A stretch of DNA of 64,000 nucleotides from a virus. Shown here piece after piece: positions 21,636 to 32,196 of the stretch. Within the stretch, counting starts at the first letter, position 1, and the number at the start of each line of letters is the position of its first letter. The notes under the pieces are model-generated. The model was given only the letters and a program-made list of their open reading frames with translations. It had not been told where the DNA came from and did not search any database. A program made the position numbers and the translations under genes. The stretch covers positions 32,001-96,000 of the IMG/VR virus record IMGVR_UViG_3300023210_000013. The stretch is one strand, 5' to 3'.

Positions 21636-22859
21636 TTACAAAGCTTGGTAAGTTAATTCACAAATGTTACCCATTGTAGGGTGTTGTAACTCTAACTTAC
21701 CTGATCTTCTATTACCAACAAATTTATTTGAATAATGATAATAATCAGTCTTACCTAAACTAGGTAAAGTTTTTTCTATAAAGCCTGCTGTTTCATTTGA
21801 TGTCATATACTCTACTTTTCTATCAGTATGTATGTGACCTTTAAATAATGTTCTGTTTGTAGTATCACCCCATGCCTTTGGGTATTCTGATGCATATATT
21901 AAAGGGTTGTTTTTACTACGCTTATCTCCATGTTCAAATGCATTAAAGTTATTATGCCAAACATGTACTTTTCTTTCTTCATATTTTACATCCCAAGTTA
22001 TTTCATCAGAAGTAATTGATTTAGAAAGCGCGTGTGCTAAATGAAAAGATGATAATCTATCATGATTACCAGGAACATAAACCACTACTAATTTGTTACA
22101 AAAAGCTTTGATATAATTAATTGCCCAATGCATTGCATCAAAGGCCTTCATATAAGCCTCTGTAGAGCTCATACAATTGTCTAAAGGAGTTCCGCTTGTA
22201 GTTGTGCCATGAAAGGTATCCATGTTGATTAAATCACCTCCTACAACAAAGTACATTGTATCTATAGAGTGAGCTGGTGTAGCTCTTTCTAATAAGTTTA
22301 TAATTGTGTCTTCAAAATCTTTATCTATTGTTTCATTACCTTCTTTACCAAAATGAATATCTTGCAATGAAATTACACCACAAACCTTTTCTTTATTTTG
22401 TACTATACCTGAATTGGTTTTAGGTATTTTATAAGTTTTGGGAGTCCAAGATTCTAATAATTTTTCAAAATCACTTGATGAAGTTTCCTTAACTCTTGAT
22501 ATTAAGGCTGATACGCGCCAATGGTCTCCCATTTGCTTATTCCAATATTGAGATAATTTCCATATTGAAGTATCAATTTTTAATAATGATATTATTTCTT
22601 CTGCTGATTTTGGTTCATGATTAAATGTACCAGATATTTTCCCTGTACCTTTATCAAGATCTATTGCCTCTGTAACATTAACATCTTGTGATATTTTCTG
22701 TAAATGTTTTTTCTTTTTTTTAGATAACCTTCTTTCTAAAAGAACTTCTTTTTTAAGCTTTACATATTCTGATTCTAAAATACCTAATTTAGCTGCACAA
22801 TATGTGGGATGTTTTTTCCACTTTAAAGTTTCTTTTATTTGTTCCTTGAGGTTTTGCAT
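21636..22859 (-). CDS. Calcineurin-like metallophosphoesterase
   Basis: Full motif set: DIHFG, GGDLIN, PGNHD, EHGD, KGHIH. ATG at 22859 (MQNLK) is preferred over the TTG start at 22886. Confidence 0.8.
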   Translation of the reverse strand: MQNLKEQIKETLKWKKHPTYCAAKLGILESEYVKLKKEVLLERRLSKKKKKHLQKISQDVNVTEAIDLDKGTGKISGTFNHEPKSAEEIISLLKIDTSIWKLSQYWNKQMGDHWRVSALISRVKETSSSDFEKLLESWTPKTYKIPKTNSGIVQNKEKVCGVISLQDIHFGKEGNETIDKDFEDTIINLLERATPAHSIDTMYFVVGGDLINMDTFHGTTTSGTPLDNCMSSTEAYMKAFDAMHWAINYIKAFCNKLVVVYVPGNHDRLSSFHLAHALSKSITSDEITWDVKYEERKVHVWHNNFNAFEHGDKRSKNNPLIYASEYPKAWGDTTNRTLFKGHIHTDRKVEYMTSNETAGFIEKTLPSLGKTDYYHYSNKFVGNRRSGKLELQHPTMGNICELTYQAL

Positions 22860-22907
22860 AATAATGAAGATTTTTAAATTTACCAAATATAATGAATTTC
22901 TTCTAAT

Positions 22908-22939
22908 AAAAAAAAGAGGCCCCTAAACGGAGCCTCTCC
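22908..22939 (-). terminator. Intrinsic terminator
   Basis: Minus strand reads GAGAGGCTCC-GTTTA-GGGGCCTCT followed by a T-run. Confidence 0.75.
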
Positions 22940-22987
22940 AACGTTAGTAGTAGAAAACCAACAAACCACCACTTCTCTGTTGTTATT

Positions 22988-23545
22988 TTATAAAGTAGTA
23001 ATCAATATTTCAACTGAGTCACAATAGACTCCACCAAATAAAGATTGCACTTTTATTTTATAATCTGTTGCTGTAGTTAATCCTGTTATTTCAAACTTTG
23101 ATTCAAGAACTGAAATAGGAGTTAAATTAGCTGTAGTCCATCCCGAAGGTGTTACTACTGTATCATACTGAACATTAAAACTTGCACTTAAAGATGAAGC
23201 ACCATTCCACACTACAGTAGCTTTATTAGCTTCAATTCCTTGAGCATATACATTGTAAGGAGCATGATGTACATTATCTGCAGTACATGCGCCTAAACCA
23301 TTAACCATTGTTAAAGCCATTTTTTGTAAAATCTGATCAAGTCTTTCTCCTGATTGAATTTTAAAAATACCTGCTGCTGTTTCTATTTGAAAAGAAGTTC
23401 CACAATAACTAACACACTCAGTACATTGAACATCATCACAACGTTCATTACCTACTGAACATTCTGTATATCCGCAAGGTGTAGCATAACTGCTGTCTTT
23501 GCACCCACAAGGTTTTGAACTATTTTTATTACAATTACAGGACAT
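22988..23545 (-). CDS. Cys-rich structural protein with C-terminal FN3 domain
   Basis: Cys-rich N-terminus. ATVVW...FNVQY...FEITGLTTATDYKIKVQS fits the FN3 pattern. Confidence 0.6.
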   Translation of the reverse strand: MSCNCNKNSSKPCGCKDSSYATPCGYTECSVGNERCDDVQCTECVSYCGTSFQIETAAGIFKIQSGERLDQILQKMALTMVNGLGACTADNVHHAPYNVYAQGIEANKATVVWNGASSLSASFNVQYDTVVTPSGWTTANLTPISVLESKFEITGLTTATDYKIKVQSLFGGVYCDSVEILITTL

Positions 23546-23562
23546 ATTATTTTATATTTTTT

Positions 23563-25245
23563 TTAAGGTTGAGGTAGACATATTTGTTCAAGAGTTACTG
23601 TTACACCTGGTACAGGTGTGTAAGCACGCGCACATATAGTTATAACCGGTCTTACATCTGGTTCAGCACTAAATAATATAGTTTGGTCAGGAAATCCGTC
23701 ACAATTAACATATTGAAATGCTGTTGATTGGTTTGCTATTCCTTCAACTCTATATTGATTACATATTTGTGGTGTTTCTGCTTGAGCTGTTTCAAAAGGA
23801 ACATCATCACAATACGTTGTAAACCCATTTAAGTTTATTACAAGTTTAACTACATAACTTGTTTCAGCAGATAAGCCCGTTGCATTAAAGCTTACAACAG
23901 CACCTGGGTTATTTCTAACTTCAGTGAATGCTATTGTTTGCGGTAAAGAAACTGTCATAACATATAAACTATATGTTGCTGTTGTTCCTAAATTATTTGT
24001 AAATGCTACCGTTGCTGTTGAATCTGTTATAGAACTAACACCTATATCTGAAGGGCAATTAGATGGGCTAGATAGAGTTTTACTAATACTGTCACTACAC
24101 TGGTTAGTACCATCTGTTGCACAAAATGCAACTTGCGTTGTAAATCCTTGAAATTTATTAAGTGATGCCAAAGATACTACCACAGGTGATCCTGATTGAG
24201 CAATACTTATATCTGTAGTAGTTGATGTAGATCCACCAATACCATCTGTTATTGTAAGAGTTGTAAAACCATTACAATCACTATATGCTGGTGGTATGTT
24301 ACATCCTGAAAAATTAAAAGAAATAGATGATGCATTTCCTGTAGCATCTGTATTAAGAGTTGCTGAATAAGCAAATGTAATATCATCACACCCACTTCCA
24401 CAACAAGTTGTTTGTATTGATTCTATTGCAGCATACATATCACATACTATAGCCCATAAGTTACCATGAGATTGAGCAAGTGTTGATGGGTTATTAACCC
24501 AACTACCAGCTGAACCGTAAGTAGCACTACTTGATAACATTCCTGTTGATCCAGTTATACAACTTTGATTGATTGCTAAACCTATTAAGGCAGGACTACC
24601 AACTGCATTTTCTAAATTACATAATTTAGATTCAACTTCTGATAACAAAGCTGTTACAGCCATTGATAAACCAGGATTGATACATTGGGATATAAGACTT
24701 CCAGATCCACCGCCTCCTGCCGGAGTACATGATCCATCTGTTAAAACACAATTTTCTAATGTAATTAATCTTGTTTCATGATTATTAATAGTAACATTAA
24801 TTAAATTAATACTATCTAATATATCACAAATTTTTCCAGCTAGATACGCTGCATATAAATCTAATCTTAAAGCTGTTATTTGTTGAACTCCTACAGTATA
24901 ATATAAACATATTGGTAAATCTATAGTAGGTAAAACATACGCTGGTTTTTCAGTAGTATTACATATTTTATCAATAATTAACTGTAAAGTATCTGAGAGT
25001 TTTTTTGGAGCTTCTTGTCCTCCAGGTAATACACATTTTAAATCAAGACCTGAAAGATCAGGTTCTCCTGCAACTGAATCTATAATTTTACAAAGCTCTT
25101 CAGCAAGCTTTGCAATAACTTCACTTACACTGTCACCATTGCATATGTCTATACACGGTAGATCCGGACCTTGCCAGATGACACAATTTGAAGATATGTT
25201 AGAGCACGGTGTTGTGCTTCCATTATTCGTTGGTATCATAAACAT
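23563..25245 (-). CDS. Cys-rich fibre/structural protein with coiled coil and FN3 domain
   Basis: Many Cys residues. INNHETRLITLE coiled coil. VSSITDSTATVAF...TGLSAETSYVVKL fits FN3. Confidence 0.55.
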   Translation of the reverse strand: MFMIPTNNGSTTPCSNISSNCVIWQGPDLPCIDICNGDSVSEVIAKLAEELCKIIDSVAGEPDLSGLDLKCVLPGGQEAPKKLSDTLQLIIDKICNTTEKPAYVLPTIDLPICLYYTVGVQQITALRLDLYAAYLAGKICDILDSINLINVTINNHETRLITLENCVLTDGSCTPAGGGGSGSLISQCINPGLSMAVTALLSEVESKLCNLENAVGSPALIGLAINQSCITGSTGMLSSSATYGSAGSWVNNPSTLAQSHGNLWAIVCDMYAAIESIQTTCCGSGCDDITFAYSATLNTDATGNASSISFNFSGCNIPPAYSDCNGFTTLTITDGIGGSTSTTTDISIAQSGSPVVVSLASLNKFQGFTTQVAFCATDGTNQCSDSISKTLSSPSNCPSDIGVSSITDSTATVAFTNNLGTTATYSLYVMTVSLPQTIAFTEVRNNPGAVVSFNATGLSAETSYVVKLVINLNGFTTYCDDVPFETAQAETPQICNQYRVEGIANQSTAFQYVNCDGFPDQTILFSAEPDVRPVITICARAYTPVPGVTVTLEQICLPQP

Positions 25246-25369
25246 CTTATTTTAAAACCTAGTAACTTACCGGTATATAATATAATATACAAAAGTTTTT
25301 GCAATCAAACAAGTAGTTCAATCACTTTAAGTTATAAAATAAGATGTTATGTATATAGTATACTAATAA

Positions 25370-25642
25370 TTAGTTATCTACTAGTGCCGGTTCTGCTTCA
25401 GAAATAGCACCATCTGCTAAAGAAATATTAACTTCTCCATACGTTTCTTGTAACGTAGCAGACATTTCTTTTAATGAATTTTTTAAAGATGCATGATCTT
25501 GAAGTAATTCATATTTAGCAATTTCAATATTACCTAAATTTACTAAAGCATTATTAATATTAGATTGTAAAGTTTGTAAAGCTACTAATTCTTCAGATGT
25601 AACTTTTTTTGATTCTACAACTTTTTTTAATTTTTTTGCCAT
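25370..25642 (-). CDS. Small coiled-coil protein (possible fibre chaperone)
   Basis: Heptad pattern and a YGEVNISLADG C-terminus. Function not established. Confidence 0.45.
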   Translation of the reverse strand: MAKKLKKVVESKKVTSEELVALQTLQSNINNALVNLGNIEIAKYELLQDHASLKNSLKEMSATLQETYGEVNISLADGAISEAEPALVDN

Positions 25643-25703
25643 GATGGTTTATTTTTATAATGTTTATACTTCAAAGATAATAAAATTATTTTAATTATAA
25701 TTA

Positions 25704-26894
25704 CTATCTAGGTACCATTTTTTGCATGTAAATAGTCAAACCATTTTCTAATTCAAATGCCATAGTACCAAACTTCTCATCAAAATAAGCATTTTTAACT
25801 CCTTCCATACTACCACCATCTGCACCTGCAGGACCTGCCGGTCCCGGTGCTCCTGCAGTACCTGTATTACCTTTTGGACCTGTTGATCCAGCGGGCCCTC
25901 TAGCTCCTGCTGCCCCGGTATTACCTTTAGCTCCAGCCGCACCAGCTGCTCCAGTAAGCCCTCTTGCACCGGCTGCTCCTGCAGCACCAGTATTACCTTT
26001 AGCTCCAGCTGCTCCAGCCGCACCAGCTGCTCCTGTTAGTCCTCTAGGTCCTTGTAAATTTGTAGCTTCTCCTACCCATATACCTTTACTATCAATTACT
26101 GTTGTACCTGCTATAGCTAGAAAACCTACATCAGCTACATTTTTTAATTTTAATCTACCGTTTGTAGTTAATGACATTGCTCCATCATTATTTCCTTGAC
26201 CTTCATATTTCCAAACCCATCCTCGGTCTGCATCATTATTCATTTGAAATACTGTAGCATAATCATTTAAATAACCATAAGATTGACCAGATACCATACC
26301 AAGACCATAAGTAGTTGAATTACCCCAGAATCTATATTTACTTGAATTATCACCTGAATTAGTATAGTGACTTGCTCCACCATTTGGTCCGGCTGGACCT
26401 ACTGCACCAGCATCACCTTTGGCTCCAGCTGCTCCGGCTGCACCTGCAGAACCGGCAGGCCCTCTAGCACCAGCTGCCCCAGCTGTCCCGGCTGCTCCTG
26501 TAAGTCCTCTTGCTCCTGCTGAACCCGCGTCTCCTTTTGCACCTGCGGCTCCAGCGTCTCCCTTAGCACCTGCTGGTCCTCTTGCACCAGCTGATCCGTT
26601 AGTACCGTCTGTTCCTGCAGGTCCTCTATCACCTTTAGCACCCGCTGCTCCATCTGCCCCATTTGAACCATCTGTTCCTGCGGGACCTCTTGCTCCATCA
26701 GCTCCGTCACTACCATTAGTTCCATTAGTCCCGTCAGCACCTCTTGCACCACCGTCACCCTTTGGACCTGTTAATCCTACACCCCCGGTATTTCCTTTTG
26801 GGCCTACAAATTGAGGAAAATTAGTAGTATTAAAGTTTCCTGTGTGTAATGCTTCATTACCACCAATTGTTGTTCCTTGTTTTAAATCTGCCAT
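25704..26894 (-). CDS. Collagen-like fibre protein
   Basis: Two long Gly-X-Y blocks flank a globular beta segment. Confidence 0.75.
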   Translation of the reverse strand: MADLKQGTTIGGNEALHTGNFNTTNFPQFVGPKGNTGGVGLTGPKGDGGARGADGTNGTNGSDGADGARGPAGTDGSNGADGAAGAKGDRGPAGTDGTNGSAGARGPAGAKGDAGAAGAKGDAGSAGARGLTGAAGTAGAAGARGPAGSAGAAGAAGAKGDAGAVGPAGPNGGASHYTNSGDNSSKYRFWGNSTTYGLGMVSGQSYGYLNDYATVFQMNNDADRGWVWKYEGQGNNDGAMSLTTNGRLKLKNVADVGFLAIAGTTVIDSKGIWVGEATNLQGPRGLTGAAGAAGAAGAKGNTGAAGAAGARGLTGAAGAAGAKGNTGAAGARGPAGSTGPKGNTGTAGAPGPAGPAGADGGSMEGVKNAYFDEKFGTMAFELENGLTIYMQKMVPR

Positions 26895-26989
26895 TTTATT
26901 GTATATTTTGATTTGCTGTCACTAAACATTCAGTTGAAGAACACCCTGAGCCTTCTCCACCACATACTTCACACAAATATAATTCTTTA

Positions 26990-28852
26990 TTATTCATTGT
27001 CTTCTATTATATTATGTGCATTTACACTTCCTCTTTTAGTAGATTTACCTAACACACCTGTAATACCAAGTGGATCTACTTCATAAATTCCAGGTAATGC
27101 CCACCATGTTTTATGTGATGTCTTACCATTATAGTAATCTAACCATCTTAAATGTATTTGATCATCTCCTTCTTTAAATCTAGAGACTCTAATATTACCC
27201 CCATTAGCTCCTACACTACCAAGTGTTTTTGTATTGTTATCAGCACTTCCATTTTCATAATTACCAAAAGCTCTACACCAGTGTTTAGTGTAAAACTCAT
27301 TACCTTGAGCATCAGTAAACCAATGCGGTAAAAACCAATAAGCCATTAATGACCATTTATCTTTTTCTACATTACCTGCTCCTGGGTAATGTGAATAAGG
27401 GTTTGTTGTATTACTAGTTCCTGAATAAGCATATGTAGGTACTAGTGAACCATTACTTCTTGTATGTGTACCTAGATAATTATTACCAGAAGTTTTTTCT
27501 TGACAATTCATCCAGATTAATCCAACATACATTTTATTAGAATCTATATTAACATAACCTATTTCACTATATCTGTTAGAATCACCTGTTAAGTTTTTAC
27601 CTTCATGGATGCTATATTCATTTCTTGCAGTAAGCGTTCTATTAAACCATCTTACTTGTTCTGTATCAAATCCAGATCCATATTGAGAATCTCCAAGGTT
27701 TGGTCTATTAGTTAAGTTTTTAGGTGAAGCCCATAAATCATAATAACTACCAGGATTACCTAATTGAAAACCTATATGTTCTGAAACATGTTGCCCAGAT
27801 AAAATATTTGATTGAATAGATGCATAACCTTTTGAATAAGGATGCATTCCACAACGTTGTATCTGTATATTCCGTATAGAAGAAATACCCTCATCAATAG
27901 AATCAGTCATATGATAATGTCCAGTTCTTAAATATTTAGCGGGAGCTCCACCTGTATTACTACCACTTGGTGTATCTCTTGCAGGACTCCACATAAAATA
28001 ATAATCAAATGTTTCCCATTCTACAGACTTAGAATCTTTTGAAGCAGATCTAATCCAACCATCTGAATCAGATGCAGACCAAAAATATGATCTTACACTA
28101 CCTCCAGCAGCAAACCTATCTCTAGATATTTTATGCTGCCCTGTCATTCTAACATATTCTCCTTCATATAATGATGCTCTACCAGTTTCTGGTATTGTAA
28201 AATATTTATGATGAAAACCATATCCTGTACCGTCATAGTTTATTTCAACCATGCTTTCACCATTATCTAAATCAGGACCATAACCTTCACTTCCAACTTC
28301 TCCCCAAATAGATGGTACTGCGTAAGAAACATATGCAGCATCTGCACCTGATGTATTTGTATGCAACACCTCTCTTATAATTCCCAATGCTGATGTACCT
28401 ATTGCCGCATAAGGATGTCTATGTGTAGGTCCTAAAGATAAACCTGGTAAATTAAACCAATGATTTGCTCTAACCATATCCATACTTTCTGCAAGATCTG
28501 AATTAGTTCCTATTGCATCAAATGATGATAAACAATAAAAAACATTTCCAAATTCATTAGAATGTATTGCTTTTAACTTGTTTGCTAAATTAGTTCTTTC
28601 TGCATCAGATGCATATACATCATATCTTCTAATGCCTTCAACCAATGTCATTTCTGGATGACTTATAATAGCAAGTGATAATCCCCTACCTCCTACATTT
28701 TCTCCTTGTTTACCATTATCCCATCTTATATATCCGGCACCAGTTTCATTAGCGTTATAACTTGTACCCTTGACCTCAATAAGGGAATGTAATGCCCCTA
28801 TGTGATCATGTATATTATTAACTTTTAAATCTCTGGTTTTAGTCAGTCTCAT
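26990..28852 (-). CDS. Putative receptor-binding protein with N-terminal ILEI/PANDER-like domain
   Basis: GRGLSLAII...RYDVYA...LANKL...SSFDA...RHPYAAIG pattern. The rest is aromatic-rich and looks carbohydrate-binding. Confidence 0.5.
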   Translation of the reverse strand: MRLTKTRDLKVNNIHDHIGALHSLIEVKGTSYNANETGAGYIRWDNGKQGENVGGRGLSLAIISHPEMTLVEGIRRYDVYASDAERTNLANKLKAIHSNEFGNVFYCLSSFDAIGTNSDLAESMDMVRANHWFNLPGLSLGPTHRHPYAAIGTSALGIIREVLHTNTSGADAAYVSYAVPSIWGEVGSEGYGPDLDNGESMVEINYDGTGYGFHHKYFTIPETGRASLYEGEYVRMTGQHKISRDRFAAGGSVRSYFWSASDSDGWIRSASKDSKSVEWETFDYYFMWSPARDTPSGSNTGGAPAKYLRTGHYHMTDSIDEGISSIRNIQIQRCGMHPYSKGYASIQSNILSGQHVSEHIGFQLGNPGSYYDLWASPKNLTNRPNLGDSQYGSGFDTEQVRWFNRTLTARNEYSIHEGKNLTGDSNRYSEIGYVNIDSNKMYVGLIWMNCQEKTSGNNYLGTHTRSNGSLVPTYAYSGTSNTTNPYSHYPGAGNVEKDKWSLMAYWFLPHWFTDAQGNEFYTKHWCRAFGNYENGSADNNTKTLGSVGANGGNIRVSRFKEGDDQIHLRWLDYYNGKTSHKTWWALPGIYEVDPLGITGVLGKSTKRGSVNAHNIIEDNE

Positions 28853-28856
28853 TTTC

Positions 28857-30263
28857 TTATACTATAAATCTCATTGTTGTTCCATCATATGTAATAACTG
28901 ATCCATTAATACCTAATGATGTACCGTCAAATGTTAAGTTTGCTTCCCCATTAACTGTTGTTCCACCTGTAGCTGTTATTACTCTATTGTTACTATTATT
29001 TAAAACATCTAAAGTAGGTCCTGTTGCACCGTCAGTTCCGTCAGTCCCATTGGTACCGTTAGTTCCATTAGTTCCGTTTGTTCCATCAGTACCATCAGTA
29101 CCATCAACACCAGGATCACCTTTAGCCCCAGGGTCACCCTTGGCTCCTGGATCACCTTTTTCACCGGGCTCTCCTTTTTCACCAGGATCCCCTTTAGCTC
29201 CGGGATCTCCATTAGTACCATCAGTACCATTGGTGCCATCTACTCCGTTAGTTCCATTGGTTCCATTGGTTCCGTCTGATCCATTTGTTCCTGGATCACC
29301 ATCAACCCCATCAACCCCATTGGTTCCATCACTTCCATCTGTTCCGTTGGTACCATTTGTACCATTTGTACCATCTGTACCCGGATTACCTTTGTCTCCT
29401 TTAGGTCCTGTATTCCAAGAACATGCACCTGAATCTGAGTTATAAGTTGAATCACCGCCAGGAAGTATTATAACACCAGGCATCCATTTTAAAGATCCCG
29501 TGTCTGCATTATGTTGAGCAATAAGTAACCAATTTTCATTAGGTATAACACTTGAACCATTATAATCAAGAACATGCAATGTACCTGATTGATAATCTTC
29601 ACCGTATTTTTGTATCCAATATAATCCCCACCATCCTGGAACGTCAATTCCTGTATTAGCGGGTATATCTATGTGACCATTACTACTTAAGTTTTTACTT
29701 ACAGGTATACAGATAATCCTAGATGTCCACTTTAATACACCGTTTTTCCAAGTAACAGTACCACCACCACTCATAGAGTAGTTAGCATGTGCACCTTCAA
29801 ATACAGTTGTTAAATCTTGATCAACTGTTGCACCTGCACTAATACCATCTAATTTTGTTTTTAATGCTGCTGTAAAGTTCTTTGTGGTTAATCCACCGTC
29901 ACCTACAGAATATGTTGTGTCTTTATCTGATGTTGTAACCGTTGATGTTGTATCATCTGCATGAGTAAATGTAATTGTATCATTACTAACTGATGCTGAT
30001 TTAATTGGGTTTACACTAGCATCTAATTTATTACCAATGCTGGTAGATATAGTTGTAGAAAAATTAGGATCATCACCTAATGCAGCTGCCAATTCATTTA
30101 ATGTATCTAATGTAACAGGTGCGGAATTAACTAAGTTTGTTATAGATGTTGTTACAAATTCTTTTGTAGCAACAGTTTTACCCAAGTGAGTCATTACATC
30201 AGTAGATGCAATCTGTTCTCCGCTTATGGTTAATTCTCTTTTAGATGGTGTAGTTGTTGCCAT
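28857..30263 (-). CDS. Tail fibre protein with collagen-like repeat
   Basis: APVTLDTLNELAAALGDDPNFSTT tail-fibre motif; GTN/GTD/GDP/GAK collagen run. Confidence 0.75.
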   Translation of the reverse strand: MATTTPSKRELTISGEQIASTDVMTHLGKTVATKEFVTTSITNLVNSAPVTLDTLNELAAALGDDPNFSTTISTSIGNKLDASVNPIKSASVSNDTITFTHADDTTSTVTTSDKDTTYSVGDGGLTTKNFTAALKTKLDGISAGATVDQDLTTVFEGAHANYSMSGGGTVTWKNGVLKWTSRIICIPVSKNLSSNGHIDIPANTGIDVPGWWGLYWIQKYGEDYQSGTLHVLDYNGSSVIPNENWLLIAQHNADTGSLKWMPGVIILPGGDSTYNSDSGACSWNTGPKGDKGNPGTDGTNGTNGTNGTDGSDGTNGVDGVDGDPGTNGSDGTNGTNGTNGVDGTNGTDGTNGDPGAKGDPGEKGEPGEKGDPGAKGDPGAKGDPGVDGTDGTDGTNGTNGTNGTNGTDGTDGATGPTLDVLNNSNNRVITATGGTTVNGEANLTFDGTSLGINGSVITYDGTTMRFIV

Positions 30264-32041
30264 TATCTTAATCTTTTTCTATTATGTTTGTGTTTGATAT
30301 TAGTCTTTTTTGCTGCATCATGCATGGATGAATAATTCACACTCATAGAACCAGCTTCAACATAAAAAGGACTTCTATCATAAAAACCTTTTGCTGAAAT
30401 CTTTACTTTTAATTGTGTACCTGTAGAAGTGAATACATGAGATTCACTTGAGGTCATATTATATGATTCATACGTTGATCCATTATCATTAGACACTTGA
30501 GCATTTACAGTGCAATTAGCAGGTATAACAAAATTATCCATATTATGTAAAAAAACCATATCAACGTTTGCATTATTTTCTAATGTAAACGTACCATATA
30601 CTACATGCCAATCACCTATAAGTTCATATGGATGTTGATCTTCTCTATGTATTTTAAAAGAATGACCATCACCTGAGTATCCCATCCTTATCCAGTATTT
30701 ACTACCGTTAGCTGATTCCATTAAAACAGGTGAGTGACCGTAGTCACTTTGTGCTGTAGAACCTCTACCATTAGTAGTTGTATCTTCTTTGTGGCTGCTT
30801 CTTCTTCTAGGAGCCCAGGTTTTACCTGCACCTATATCATGATAACATAAGTCCAACATTGCCCATCCTCTGTCAGCACCAACAAACATAAAATTCTTTG
30901 AACCTGGTAATTTATCAGTAGGAGTACCTTCTGTCTTTTGAAATTTTGATCCTACTCTTAAGTAACCGGGTTGATTAACATTTGTAGTAACATTATTTAA
31001 TGGGTTAGCTTCTATTACATTTGGAACACCTCCGGTAAAACAAGGAGTATAATCTACTTTTAATATATGATCATATCCACCACACATTATAACATTTGGT
31101 TCTGAGTTAGGGTTTATAACAAATAAACCAGGATCTCTATTATACCCATTAACTGTCTTAACTGAATTAGTTCCTGCTACAGTATCTTCTAAATCACACC
31201 ATAGTGTTTTTGCGTCATTTGTTGAAGCATCTAGTATAACAGTAAATCCACCGTTCCCTTCATAATCCCAATAATACATTCTATCATTTACTTCATCATA
31301 AGATAAAGAACCTCTATAACCATTTCTATCATTAGTTGCAGAACCATCATATTTAGTTACTGAAGATTCTAACATTTGTTGTTCTCCTGTAAGTAAATTT
31401 CTTCTTGGAAATTTTTTGTAATGTCTAGCATCATGTTCTGAAGCATATATCCAATCACCCGCGGCACACAAACCACCAGCATACCAATACCCAGTTCTTC
31501 TGACATATCCATTTGCTCTTGAGTTTGTACCAGATGTATCAATAAAATCTGTAGGGTTTGGATGACTTGGTCTATCTTCTCTAATTACGGCACCTCCATT
31601 AGTAATACCATCTTTAGCACCTCTATAATCAAATATAGAATAGCCATATACATTGTAAGACATAACAACAGCTTTACCAGCACCCTTAGCCATAGCTACA
31701 GATTGCATGTGATTATATGTACTAGTTGTGTCTCTCCATAATGCATGACTATCATGATATAACTTAGTCATTGTACCATCATTATTAAGTCTTCTGAAAG
31801 CTACGCCATCACCCCAACCACATGTCATTAATATATCACCATCTATATCATATGAGTTATGTCCACCAATACATCTTTCTCCACCATCATATTCACCTGA
31901 TCCGCTATTAATAATGGCATTACTCATCCCTCCCTTTTGAACAGGACCTAGTGCATGAGTACCCTCATAGTCTGTCATAAAACAACCAACAACTTCAGAA
32001 GCTGAGTCTTTATTTAATATTGCACTTGAAAATCTAGCCAT
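30263..32041 (-). CDS. Putative tail-associated beta-propeller-like protein (592 aa)
   Basis: Beta-rich composition; VSNDNGSTY Asp-box-like motif; located in the fibre cluster. Confidence 0.4.
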   Translation of the reverse strand: MARFSSAILNKDSASEVVGCFMTDYEGTHALGPVQKGGMSNAIINSGSGEYDGGERCIGGHNSYDIDGDILMTCGWGDGVAFRRLNNDGTMTKLYHDSHALWRDTTSTYNHMQSVAMAKGAGKAVVMSYNVYGYSIFDYRGAKDGITNGGAVIREDRPSHPNPTDFIDTSGTNSRANGYVRRTGYWYAGGLCAAGDWIYASEHDARHYKKFPRRNLLTGEQQMLESSVTKYDGSATNDRNGYRGSLSYDEVNDRMYYWDYEGNGGFTVILDASTNDAKTLWCDLEDTVAGTNSVKTVNGYNRDPGLFVINPNSEPNVIMCGGYDHILKVDYTPCFTGGVPNVIEANPLNNVTTNVNQPGYLRVGSKFQKTEGTPTDKLPGSKNFMFVGADRGWAMLDLCYHDIGAGKTWAPRRRSSHKEDTTTNGRGSTAQSDYGHSPVLMESANGSKYWIRMGYSGDGHSFKIHREDQHPYELIGDWHVVYGTFTLENNANVDMVFLHNMDNFVIPANCTVNAQVSNDNGSTYESYNMTSSESHVFTSTGTQLKVKISAKGFYDRSPFYVEAGSMSVNYSSMHDAAKKTNIKHKHNRKRLR

Positions 32042-32195
32042 TCTTTAATTTTTTTATTTCTTCTTCACAACGTACTATGTTTTTCTCCAATAAAACTTTT
32101 AAAGTTAAGTCATTATTTTCTATAGAAGTTTCATTTTCTAAATCAGTTTTATATTGCTCTAATTGCAATTCCCAATATTCTAAACTTTCTTCCAT
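32034..32195 (-). CDS. Small acidic coiled-coil protein (53 aa)
   Basis: Hand-translated as MEESLEYWELQLEQYK...EEEIKKLKNG. It exactly fills the gap and overlaps the next start. Confidence 0.55.
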   Translation of the reverse strand: MEESLEYWELQLEQYKTDLENETSIENNDLTLKVLLEKNIVRCEEEIKKLKNG

Positions 32196-32196
32196 A

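Noticed and set aside
25748-29455. Antisense and alternative-frame ORFs over the collagen genes (e.g. 26419-26814 +, 28987-29445 +)
   Set aside because: These are shadows of Gly-X-Y codon periodicity.
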